Below are positions 18,386 through 26,326 of a stretch of DNA of 64,000 nucleotides, one piece after another. The notes beneath the pieces were generated by a model. The model searched no databases and was not told the origin of the DNA. It worked only from the letters and a program-made list of their open reading frames with translations. A program made the translations under genes and the position numbers. The number at the start of each line of letters is the position of its first letter. The stretch's first letter is position 1. The DNA is from an uncultured Acidobacteriota bacterium (GTDB taxonomy: Bacteria > Acidobacteriota > JAQAZP01): positions 672,001 to 736,000 of the forward strand of contig CAWIIB010000009.1 in assembly GCA_963836075.1 (NCBI GenBank). Direction: 5' to 3'.

Positions 18386-20242
18386 ATGAAACGAGCGACC
18401 ATCATCCTCTCCATCGCCCTGATGCTGCCGGCCGTCGTCCAGCCGCCGGCTTCCGCCTGCACCAACTTCCTGATCACCAGGGGGGCCAGCGCCGACGGGT
18501 CGACCATGATCACCTACGCCGCCGACTCGCACGTGCTCTACGGCGAACTCTATTTCACGCCGGCCGGCAGGCACGCTCCGGGCACCATGCTCGACGTGTA
18601 TGAATGGGACACCGGGAAGTATCTGGGCCAGATCACCCAGGCGCCGGTCACCTACACCGCGGTGGGCAACATCAACGAGCACCAGGTGGCCGTGGGTGAA
18701 ACTACCTGGGGTGGTCGCTCCGAGCTGCACGACCCCGAGGCAAAGGTGGACTACGGCAGCCTGATGTATCTCGCTCTGCAGCGGGCAAAGACGGCCCGCG
18801 AAGCCATAGAGGTGATGACCGGCCTGGTGGCCGAATACGGCTACTACAGCTCCGGCGAGACCTTCTCCATCTCCGATCCCAACGAAGTCTGGATCATGGA
18901 CATGATCGGCAAGGGGCCGGGCAACACCGGCGCCGTCTGGGTGGCCCGCAAGGTGCCCGACGGCTACATCTCGGCCCACGCCAACGCCGCCCGGATCCGC
19001 CAGTTCCCGCAGAACGACCCCGAGACCCTCTTCGCCCCGGACACCATCTCCTTTGCCCGGGACAAGGGCTGGTTCGACGGCGACGATGCCGACTTCAACT
19101 TCGCCGAAACCTACTCGCCCCCCGACTACGGCGCCAACCGCTTCTGCGACGCCCGGGTCTGGTGCATGTTCAACCGCGCCCGCCCCTCGGAGATGCTGCC
19201 TTCCGACTGGGTCACCGGCCAGGACGGCGCCGAGCCGCTACCGCTCTGGATCAAGCCGGACAAGAAACTCACCGTGGCCGACGTGCTGGGCTACATGCGC
19301 GACCACTTCGAAGGCACCGAGCTGGACATGACCACCGACATCGGCGCCGGGCCCTACGAGCTGCCCTACCGCTGGCGGCCGCTGGTCTGGAAGGCCGGCG
19401 ACAAGATGTACTTCAACGAGCGGGCCACCTCGACCCAGCAGACCGGCTTCTCCTTCCTGGCCCAGGGCCGCTCCTGGCTGCCCGACCCCATCGGCGGCAT
19501 CCTCTGGTTCAGCGTGGACGACGCCTTCAGCACGGTCTACTTCCCGGTCTACTGCGGTGTCACCGAAGTGCCGCACAACTTCGCCGTTGGCACCGGCTCC
19601 TGGAACGAGTTCAGCTGGGACTCGGCCTTCTGGGTCTTCAACTGGGTCTCCAACTACGCCTACCTGCGCTACAACGTGATGATCAAGGACATCCAGGTGG
19701 TTCAGCAGCAGCTGGAAGGGCAGTACATGGCCGAGGTCCCGGAAGTGGACGCCGCGGCGGCCGTGCTCTACCAGCAGGCGCCGAAGCTGGCCCGCGACTA
19801 CCTGACCAGCTACACCGTCGGCACCGGCGAAGCGCTGGTCAAACGGTGGAAACAGCTGGGCGAGGACCTTCTCTTCAAGTATCTCGACGGCAACACCAAG
19901 GACGCCCAGGGCAAGGTGACCCACACCGGCTATCCCGAATCGTGGTATCAGAAGCTGGCCGAGGCCACCGGCAGCAAACTGGAGATGATCCAGCTGGCGC
20001 CCGAGAAAGCGGCGGCGGAGAAAGCCGAAGCCGAGGCCCAGGCACAGCGCGAAGGGATCCGCACGGCGATCTACACCCTGCTGGAGTCGCGGGGCATCAC
20101 AGCCGATGACGCGGCAAAGGAAAAGATCGACACCACCGAGGACCTGGAGAAGCTGGGCATGGCGCTGGTCAACGCGGCAACCGCCGAGGACGCCGCCCAC
20201 CTGGTGCCCGAGGGCCCGTCGGCGCCGGCTGACACGCACTGA
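18386..20242 (+). CDS. Secreted C69-family dipeptidase (Ntn hydrolase)
   Basis: Signal ending ASA then nucleophile CTNFLIT; NINEHQVAVGETTWGG, LALQRAKTAREAI. Confidence 0.9.
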   Translation: MKRATIILSIALMLPAVVQPPASACTNFLITRGASADGSTMITYAADSHVLYGELYFTPAGRHAPGTMLDVYEWDTGKYLGQITQAPVTYTAVGNINEHQVAVGETTWGGRSELHDPEAKVDYGSLMYLALQRAKTAREAIEVMTGLVAEYGYYSSGETFSISDPNEVWIMDMIGKGPGNTGAVWVARKVPDGYISAHANAARIRQFPQNDPETLFAPDTISFARDKGWFDGDDADFNFAETYSPPDYGANRFCDARVWCMFNRARPSEMLPSDWVTGQDGAEPLPLWIKPDKKLTVADVLGYMRDHFEGTELDMTTDIGAGPYELPYRWRPLVWKAGDKMYFNERATSTQQTGFSFLAQGRSWLPDPIGGILWFSVDDAFSTVYFPVYCGVTEVPHNFAVGTGSWNEFSWDSAFWVFNWVSNYAYLRYNVMIKDIQVVQQQLEGQYMAEVPEVDAAAAVLYQQAPKLARDYLTSYTVGTGEALVKRWKQLGEDLLFKYLDGNTKDAQGKVTHTGYPESWYQKLAEATGSKLEMIQLAPEKAAAEKAEAEAQAQREGIRTAIYTLLESRGITADDAAKEKIDTTEDLEKLGMALVNAATAEDAAHLVPEGPSAPADTH

Positions 20243-20267
20243 GCGAGCCCGGGGAGGACTGCACGAG

Positions 20268-20807
20268 TTGAACGGTTCGGACCAAGTTCTCTACAGGGAG
20301 ACGCAACGATTCACCCAATGGTGGATCTGGGTCCTGGTGCTGGGGATCGCGGGCTTGATGTGGTACGGAGCCGTTCAGCAGCTGCTGTTCGGCATCCCCT
20401 TCGGAGGCAATCCCGCGCCCGATCCGTTGATGTGGATCCTCCTCCTGGTCTTCGGCGTCGGCATGCCGTTGTTGATGTACGCCCTGAACCTCAAAACCGA
20501 AGTTCGTCCCGATGGTCTCTATCTCCGGATATTCCCCCTGCACCGGCGATACCAGGTCATCCAGTGGCAGGAGATCGAGCGGTTCTACCCGCGGACGTAC
20601 CGACCCATCCGGGAGTACGGCGGGTGGGGGATCCGCTACGGGTTGAGCGGCAAGGCTTACAACATCAAAGGAATCCAAGGCCTTCAACTGGAATTGAACG
20701 GGGGGAACCGTCTCCTGGTGGGGTCCGCCGATCCAGAGTCCCTGGTTCAGGCGATCGCCTCGGCATCGGGATTGTCCTCCCATGATCCGGGGGAGTCCGG
20801 CTCATAA
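20268..20807 (+). CDS. Membrane protein with PH-like domain (DUF6141-like)
   Basis: YRETQRFTQWWIW, two TMs, YRPIREYGGWGIRY; start codon uncertain (TTG). Confidence 0.7.
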   Translation: MNGSDQVLYRETQRFTQWWIWVLVLGIAGLMWYGAVQQLLFGIPFGGNPAPDPLMWILLLVFGVGMPLLMYALNLKTEVRPDGLYLRIFPLHRRYQVIQWQEIERFYPRTYRPIREYGGWGIRYGLSGKAYNIKGIQGLQLELNGGNRLLVGSADPESLVQAIASASGLSSHDPGESGS

Positions 20808-20876
20808 ACCTGACCCGGCGGCGCTGCTAACCGAGCACCACCAACAGCCCCCGGAAAAGGGGGCCGTTTCATGTAC

Positions 20877-20931
20877 ATGACAGGATTGTCATCTCGGGGG
20901 ACGTGTGCGGTTCAGAATAATCGAGTAGTAT
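20877..20931 (+). promoter_or_regulatory. Regulon promoter P1 (response regulator)
   Basis: ATGACA-GGAT-TGTCAT, N18, TTCA (20911), N11, TAGTAT (20926). Confidence 0.8.
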
Positions 20932-20938
20932 TTCATCC

Positions 20939-21613
20939 ATGAACGTGCTGATTATCGAAGATGACCGCAAGATCGCCTCCTTCGCGAAAAAGGGCCTGGA
21001 GGAGCAGGGCTTTACAGTGACGGTCTGCCGCGATGGCGACGAAGGGTGTGAGCTGGCCACCGGCCTCGCCTGGGATGCCGTCATCCTCGACATCATGCTC
21101 CCCGGCCGCGACGGGCTGAGCATCCTGCGCACCCTGCGTGACGCGGGCAACACAGTGCCGGTGATCCTGGTCACCGCCCGTTCCGGTCTGGACGAGCGTG
21201 TGGAAGGCCTCAATCTCGGCGCCGACGACTACCTGGCCAAGCCTTTCTACATCGAAGAACTGGTGGCCCGGGTCCACGCGGTGACCCGCCGCGCCTCGGG
21301 GGAGAAACTGAGCGTGCTCCAGTCGGGCGACCTGGTGGTCAACCTGATCACCCGCGAGGTGCGCCGGGGAGAAGAGGCGGTGGAGCTCACCGCCCGGGAG
21401 TTCAGCCTGCTGGAAATGCTGCTCCGCTCGCCGGGCCGGGTCTTCACCCGCACCCGCATCCTGGAACACGTCTGGGGCTATGACTTCGACCCGGAGACCA
21501 ACCTGGTGGACGTCTACATCCGCCGGGTGCGGAAAAAAGTGGACACCGACCCCGAACACCTGCTGATCGAGACCGTGCGCGGGGTGGGCTACCGGCTGCG
21601 CAAGGAGGACTGA
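20939..21613 (+). CDS. OmpR/CusR-type response regulator
   Basis: LIIEDD, ILDIMLPGRDG, GADDYLAKPF, wHTH 'NLVDVYIRRVRKK...TVRGVGY'. Confidence 0.95.
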   Translation: MNVLIIEDDRKIASFAKKGLEEQGFTVTVCRDGDEGCELATGLAWDAVILDIMLPGRDGLSILRTLRDAGNTVPVILVTARSGLDERVEGLNLGADDYLAKPFYIEELVARVHAVTRRASGEKLSVLQSGDLVVNLITREVRRGEEAVELTAREFSLLEMLLRSPGRVFTRTRILEHVWGYDFDPETNLVDVYIRRVRKKVDTDPEHLLIETVRGVGYRLRKED

Positions 21614-23095
21614 ATGCGCATCCTCTCCTTCCGCACCCGCATCGCCCTGCTCTCCCTGCTCATTTCCGGCGCGGTGCTGGTGGCCTTCGGCTTCTCCTTC
21701 CTGCGGGTCATCCAAAAGGTGGGCCTCGACCGGGTGGACAATGAACTCAGTTCCCTCGCCGAAAGCCAGCTCCGTGGTCACCACCCCCCGGAACACTGGG
21801 AACTGTTTGACCAGTCACTGGGTGATATCTACGGAGAGGAACAGCGGGAGCAGCGGATCATTCTCCTCGAGGACGACAGCGGACAGGAGCTCTACCGATC
21901 ACCCCACTGGCCGGAAGGACTTCTGCTCCCCGACTTTCCACCCCTGGAATACCCGAACCCTCCGCCGACATCATCTCTGAGGCCTGGTGGTCCACCACCG
22001 GGACGTGGAGGACCGCCCCTTGGGCCCGGTGGCCCGCCAAGGGAGCACCAGCCGCCCAGTTTCCCGCAATTCCGTTCCATCACCGCCGGGGACAGTACCT
22101 ATCGTGTCTGCCGGATGGGCAACCAGCGCACCACCCTCACCATCGGCCTCGACCTGGCGGCGCACCGGGCGGAGACGAATCGCTTCCGCAATACCTTTTT
22201 CACCGCCGCCCTGGTGGCGCTCCTCCTCCTGGCCCTGGGTGGCTGGATCCTCGCCCGGCAGGCCCTGGCCCCGGTTGCCGCAATCACCGCCACCGCCAGC
22301 AAGGTCACCGCCCGGGGGCTGGACCAGCGGATTCCGCAGCGGGAGGCCGATGTGGAGTTCGAGCGGCTGACCGAGGTGATCAACAGCATGCTCGGCCGGC
22401 TGGAGCGAAGTTTCCAGCAGGCAGCGCGGTTCAGTGCCGACGCGGCCCACGAGTTGAAGACACCGCTGACCATCCTGCAGGGCGAGCTGGACCAGGCGCT
22501 GCAAAGTGCCGAACCGGGATCAGGGGACCAGCAGCGGTTCGGCGACCTGCTGGAGGAAGTCCAGCGCCTGAAGGCCATCGTGAAAAAACTGCTCATTCTT
22601 TCCCAGGCCGACGCCGGCGAGCTGAACCTCTCTCTCGAGCCGATTGACATCAGCCGGGAGTTGAGCGCCACCGCCGAAGACCTGGAAATCGTCGCCCCCT
22701 CGCTCGAGGTCCACAAGGACCTGCCGCCGGGCATCAAGATCAATGCCGATCCCGATCTCCTGCGCCAGGTGATCAGCAACCTGGTCAGCAATGCGGTGAA
22801 GTACAACCGGGAGGGGGGCTGGATCGAGATGCGCCTGGAGCAGGATGGGACATCGGCCTCGTTCACCATCTCCAACAGCGGCGACGCCATCCCCTCCGCG
22901 GACCGGGAGCTGATCTTCCATCGCTTCCACCGGGTCGATCCGGCGCGGAGTAAGGTCGTGGAAGGCACCGGCCTCGGCCTCAGCCTGGCCCACGAGATCG
23001 CCCGGGCTCACGGCGGCGACCTGGTCCTCTCAGCCGACGCAGAGGACCGGTCCACATTCATCCTCACCCTGCCGCTGGCCCGGACAGCAAACTGA
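21614..23095 (+). CDS. CusS-like sensor histidine kinase (2 TM, HAMP, HisKA, HATPase)
   Basis: FSADAAHELKTPL, NLVSNAVKYN, GTGLGLSLA; Gly/Pro-rich periplasmic loop. Confidence 0.95.
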   Translation: MRILSFRTRIALLSLLISGAVLVAFGFSFLRVIQKVGLDRVDNELSSLAESQLRGHHPPEHWELFDQSLGDIYGEEQREQRIILLEDDSGQELYRSPHWPEGLLLPDFPPLEYPNPPPTSSLRPGGPPPGRGGPPLGPGGPPREHQPPSFPQFRSITAGDSTYRVCRMGNQRTTLTIGLDLAAHRAETNRFRNTFFTAALVALLLLALGGWILARQALAPVAAITATASKVTARGLDQRIPQREADVEFERLTEVINSMLGRLERSFQQAARFSADAAHELKTPLTILQGELDQALQSAEPGSGDQQRFGDLLEEVQRLKAIVKKLLILSQADAGELNLSLEPIDISRELSATAEDLEIVAPSLEVHKDLPPGIKINADPDLLRQVISNLVSNAVKYNREGGWIEMRLEQDGTSASFTISNSGDAIPSADRELIFHRFHRVDPARSKVVEGTGLGLSLAHEIARAHGGDLVLSADAEDRSTFILTLPLARTAN

Positions 23096-23115
23096 CCCTC
23101 CCGACACGATTCAGG

Positions 23116-23170
23116 ATGACAGCATTGTCATTCCACCAGCCACCGCACGTTCATTCCCTGCCCGTATAGT
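23116..23170 (+). promoter_or_regulatory. Regulon promoter P2
   Basis: ATGACA-GCAT-TGTCAT, N18, TTCA (23150), N11, TATAGT (23165). Confidence 0.8.
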
Positions 23171-23219
23171 GATGATGTAAGAAAAAACCTAATGACACGG
23201 ACCAGCGGGGGCAAAGAAC

Positions 23220-23288
23220 ATGAACAATCCATACGTCATCGCACTGATTGCACTGATCGCACTGTATGCCGTCCTGTCGGCGGCATAG
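23220..23288 (+). CDS. Candidate 22-aa hydrophobic micropeptide
   Basis: MNNPYVIALIALIALYAVLSAA*, preceded by a GGGGG run, directly downstream of P2. Confidence 0.4.
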   Translation: MNNPYVIALIALIALYAVLSAA

Positions 23289-23399
23289 GAAGGGCCGGTT
23301 TTCCGGCCTCGGGGGCTGGACCGGATTCTCCCGGGCTCCTGGAGGAGAACGCCGGGAGCCGGTTCGGCCCCCGGAAAGGGAAACGGGAAAGGACGAACA

Positions 23400-23615
23400 A
23401 TGGCCATCGAACGCATAGACGGATGCATCGGCTGCGGAACCTGCGTAAAAACCTGTCCGACGGATGTGATTCGCACGGACCCTGATACCGGGAAGGCAGT
23501 AATAACGTATCCGGCCGATTGTCAGATCTGTCACCTCTGCCGGATGTACTGCCCGGTCGATGCCATCACCATCACACCGGAGAAGTCCATCCCGGTGGTG
23601 GTCTCGTGGGGCTAG
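23400..23615 (+). CDS. 2x[4Fe-4S] ferredoxin (AprB-like small subunit)
   Basis: CIGCGTCVKTCP and CQICHLCRMYCP. Confidence 0.93.
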   Translation: MAIERIDGCIGCGTCVKTCPTDVIRTDPDTGKAVITYPADCQICHLCRMYCPVDAITITPEKSIPVVVSWG

Positions 23616-23617
23616 TC

Positions 23618-24259
23618 ATGAGAAGTCAAACCAAGAGAAACTACCTTATCCCTGAAGCCCTGGCATTCATGGGCCTGCCCCTGCTGCTCTGGGCCATGGG
23701 AAACGTCCCCCGTCGCACCATGCTCAAGGAGACCTTTTCCCTGCTGTTCATCCTGGCCTTCAGCCAGATGCTGGGGCAGTTCTATCTGTCCCGGGGCGGC
23801 AGGAATCTCTTCAGCGGCCCGACGATGGGTTCGACGATCAAGATTCACAAGATCGTCGGCTACACGGTTACCACCATGCTCCTCGTCCACCCGGTGCTGA
23901 TCGTCGTGCCGCGGTACTTCGAATCGGGGATCACCCCGCTCGATGCCTTCGTCACCATTGTCACGACCTTCGACAGCAGGGGGGTCGTCCTGGGCATCAT
24001 CGCCTGGAGCCTGATGATCACCCTGGGCATCACCTCCCTCATTCGCAACAGGCTGCCCATGACGTACAAAACATGGCGGCTGGTCCACGGGATACTCTCC
24101 GCCCTGTTCATCTCAGTGGCGGCCTGGCACGCAATCGATCTGGGACGTCACACCGACCGGGCCATGTCCATCTACATGATGGTTCTGGCCGCGGGCGGCC
24201 TCTTGCTCCTGACGAGATCCATCATCAACGGAAATAAACTGAAAACGGGGGACAGATAA
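23618..24259 (+). CDS. Ferric-reductase-like / MsrQ-like membrane cytochrome b (TM domain only)
   Basis: About 6 TMs; four His in the family pattern IHKIVG, LVHP, WRLVHG, AWHA. Confidence 0.8.
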   Translation: MRSQTKRNYLIPEALAFMGLPLLLWAMGNVPRRTMLKETFSLLFILAFSQMLGQFYLSRGGRNLFSGPTMGSTIKIHKIVGYTVTTMLLVHPVLIVVPRYFESGITPLDAFVTIVTTFDSRGVVLGIIAWSLMITLGITSLIRNRLPMTYKTWRLVHGILSALFISVAAWHAIDLGRHTDRAMSIYMMVLAAGGLLLLTRSIINGNKLKTGDR

Positions 24260-26059
24260 ATGAAAAACTCTAATGGATCCAGAAAGATGTCCCGCCGTAA
24301 TTTCATGGCCCTGACCGGCGGCGCCGCCGGGTTGGCCACCCTGGCCTCGATGGGGGTTTCCACCGGCTGGTCGTCGAATACGGCGGCAATTGATCCCGAC
24401 ACGTTGAAGCGAGTGGAAAACGAAACCGATGTCCTCGTCGTCGGCGGAGGGATTGCCGGGCTGTTCGCAGCGGTCAAGGCACACGATGCGGGCGCCAGGG
24501 TGCTGCTGGTTTCCAAGGGACGCCTCGGTTCGTCCGGCCAGACGCCCTTTGCCCGGGGCATCTTCGCCTATGACCCGGCCACGTCGGAGATGAGCCTTGA
24601 CGAATTCACGGCAGCCGTCTCCCGTTCCGCCCTGGGAACGAACAACCCGGTCTATACCCGGCAGATGGCCGAGCACTCTCTGGCCCGGGTCAACGAGCTC
24701 CGGGAATGGGGGTTCTTCGAGTCACCGCTCTACAACTCGTCCTTCAGCAAACCGATCACCCAGCGGAAAATCCCGGTCATCGAGCGGGTGGTTATCACCC
24801 ACCTGATCAAGGAGAAGGGCCGGATGGCCGGTGCCGCCGGTTTCAGCCTGGATGAGCAGACAGTCACCCTGTTCAAGGCCAGAAGCGTCATCCTCTGCAC
24901 CGGGGCGGGCGGATTCAAACCCAGCGGGTTCCCGATCTGCGACCTGACCCACGACGGCACAGCCATGGCCTACCGCATCGGCGCCAGGGTCACGGGCAAG
25001 GAATGGAACGACGGGCACGGCGGCCGTGCCGAGAACCCGGCGGCCTGCTACGACGGCTGGCAGGGCGTGCTGGAGCAGAATCCAGGCGTCACCGGCATCG
25101 GGATTCGTCACGACCTGGGAGTCGATGAGAACTACACCGCGTACATGACCGGCAACCCGGTCGTGCAGGGACCTCCAGGAAGAAACGGCGGTGAAAAACC
25201 AGCCGGCGGGCCCTATGTCCCGGAAGAGTTCCAACGAAGCGGCCCTCCCGGGGGTGGCGGACCTCCTGGCGACGAAGGCCCTCCGGGCGGCGGCAGGCCC
25301 CCCGGCGGCGAGGGCCCTCCGGGCGGCGGACCTCCCGGCGGAGACCGGAAAGGTGGTGGCCCCCCCGGCGGCGGGCGCGGTCCTTCAGTCGGCGGATCCT
25401 CGGCCGGCATGTCGATCCACAAGGCCGAGGGACTGGTCCCGATCAACGAAAAATGCGAGTCGGACATCCCGGGTCTGTACGCCGCGGGTGACGCACTGGG
25501 TTCATACATGGCCGGCGCCATCTACACCCAGATCGGCTCCTCCCTGGCCGGATCTGCCGTCCAGGGCGCCATCGCCGCGGAGGCCGCCGCGGAATACTGC
25601 AAAAGCGTTGAAATGCTGACAATTCCGGAAGCCAGGGCCCGCGCGGTGGAAGGAGAGATCCTCGCACCGCTGAAGAGGACTTCCGGCTACGGCCCGGCCT
25701 GGGTCACCCAGACGCTGCAGGGGATCATGATCCCGAACTTCGTCATCTACATCAAGAAGGAGAGCATCCTGAAGGCGGCCCTGGCCTACATCGAGGAACT
25801 CCGTGACCACCACATGCCGCTGCTCCGGGCCGCCGACCTGCACGAACTGCGGCTGGCCCACGAGACCGCCAACATGATCGTCAACGCCGAGATGAAGCTC
25901 AAGGCCTCCCTCATGCGCAAGGAGAGCCGCTGCAGTCACTACCGGCTGGACTACCCCGAACGAGACGAGGAGAACTGGAAGGCCTGGATCAATATCCGCC
26001 AGGGGTCCGACGGCAGCATGCAGCTGGAAAAGCAGCCGTTCGGCAGCTGGCCGGCATAG
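24260..26059 (+). CDS. Tat-exported FAD flavoprotein of the SdhA/FrdA/AprA superfamily
   Basis: SRRNFM Tat motif; DVLVVGGGIAG, VILCTGAGG, IPGLYAAGD, RKESRCSHYRLDYP. Confidence 0.85.
   Translation: MKNSNGSRKMSRRNFMALTGGAAGLATLASMGVSTGWSSNTAAIDPDTLKRVENETDVLVVGGGIAGLFAAVKAHDAGARVLLVSKGRLGSSGQTPFARGIFAYDPATSEMSLDEFTAAVSRSALGTNNPVYTRQMAEHSLARVNELREWGFFESPLYNSSFSKPITQRKIPVIERVVITHLIKEKGRMAGAAGFSLDEQTVTLFKARSVILCTGAGGFKPSGFPICDLTHDGTAMAYRIGARVTGKEWNDGHGGRAENPAACYDGWQGVLEQNPGVTGIGIRHDLGVDENYTAYMTGNPVVQGPPGRNGGEKPAGGPYVPEEFQRSGPPGGGGPPGDEGPPGGGRPPGGEGPPGGGPPGGDRKGGGPPGGGRGPSVGGSSAGMSIHKAEGLVPINEKCESDIPGLYAAGDALGSYMAGAIYTQIGSSLAGSAVQGAIAAEAAAEYCKSVEMLTIPEARARAVEGEILAPLKRTSGYGPAWVTQTLQGIMIPNFVIYIKKESILKAALAYIEELRDHHMPLLRAADLHELRLAHETANMIVNAEMKLKASLMRKESRCSHYRLDYPERDEENWKAWINIRQGSDGSMQLEKQPFGSWPA
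25241..25385 (+). repeat. Degenerate ~18-bp tandem repeat encoding (GPPGGx)n
   Basis: GPPGGG GPPGDE GPPGGG RPPGGE GPPGG GPPGGD ... GPPGGGRGP. Confidence 0.8.
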
Positions 26060-26108
26060 AAGAATATGTTTAGTACCCCGGCAGTGAGCCGTGACACCAA
26101 CTGGTCAG

Positions 26109-26163
26109 ATGACAGTATTGTCATTTGCCCGCCAGGGCGTTTTTCATGTTTAATCCGCATAAT
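26109..26163 (+). promoter_or_regulatory. Regulon promoter P3
   Basis: ATGACA-GTAT-TGTCAT, N18, TTCA (26143), N11, CATAAT (26158). Confidence 0.8.
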
Positions 26164-26326
26164 TCATGAGGAAGCGGCGAGATTTTGTCGAGGAAACCGC
26201 TTCGCACAGTGGCCAACCGCCCCGTTTCGACCCGGGACGATGCTATATCAGCAGCCGCACGGTAACCCGAGCGCACCATGAGGTTCCATAGTTTCTCAAT
26301 TACCCATCCCTGAAAGGACTTGAAAG

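Noticed and set aside
25241-25385. Collagen-like triple helix
   Set aside because: The Gly-X-Y register holds for only about six triplets before breaking.
23400-26059. True APS reductase (aprBA) or succinate dehydrogenase
   Set aside because: Tat signal, very short ferredoxin, no sat, qmo or sdhBC neighbours, and no covalent-FAD His.
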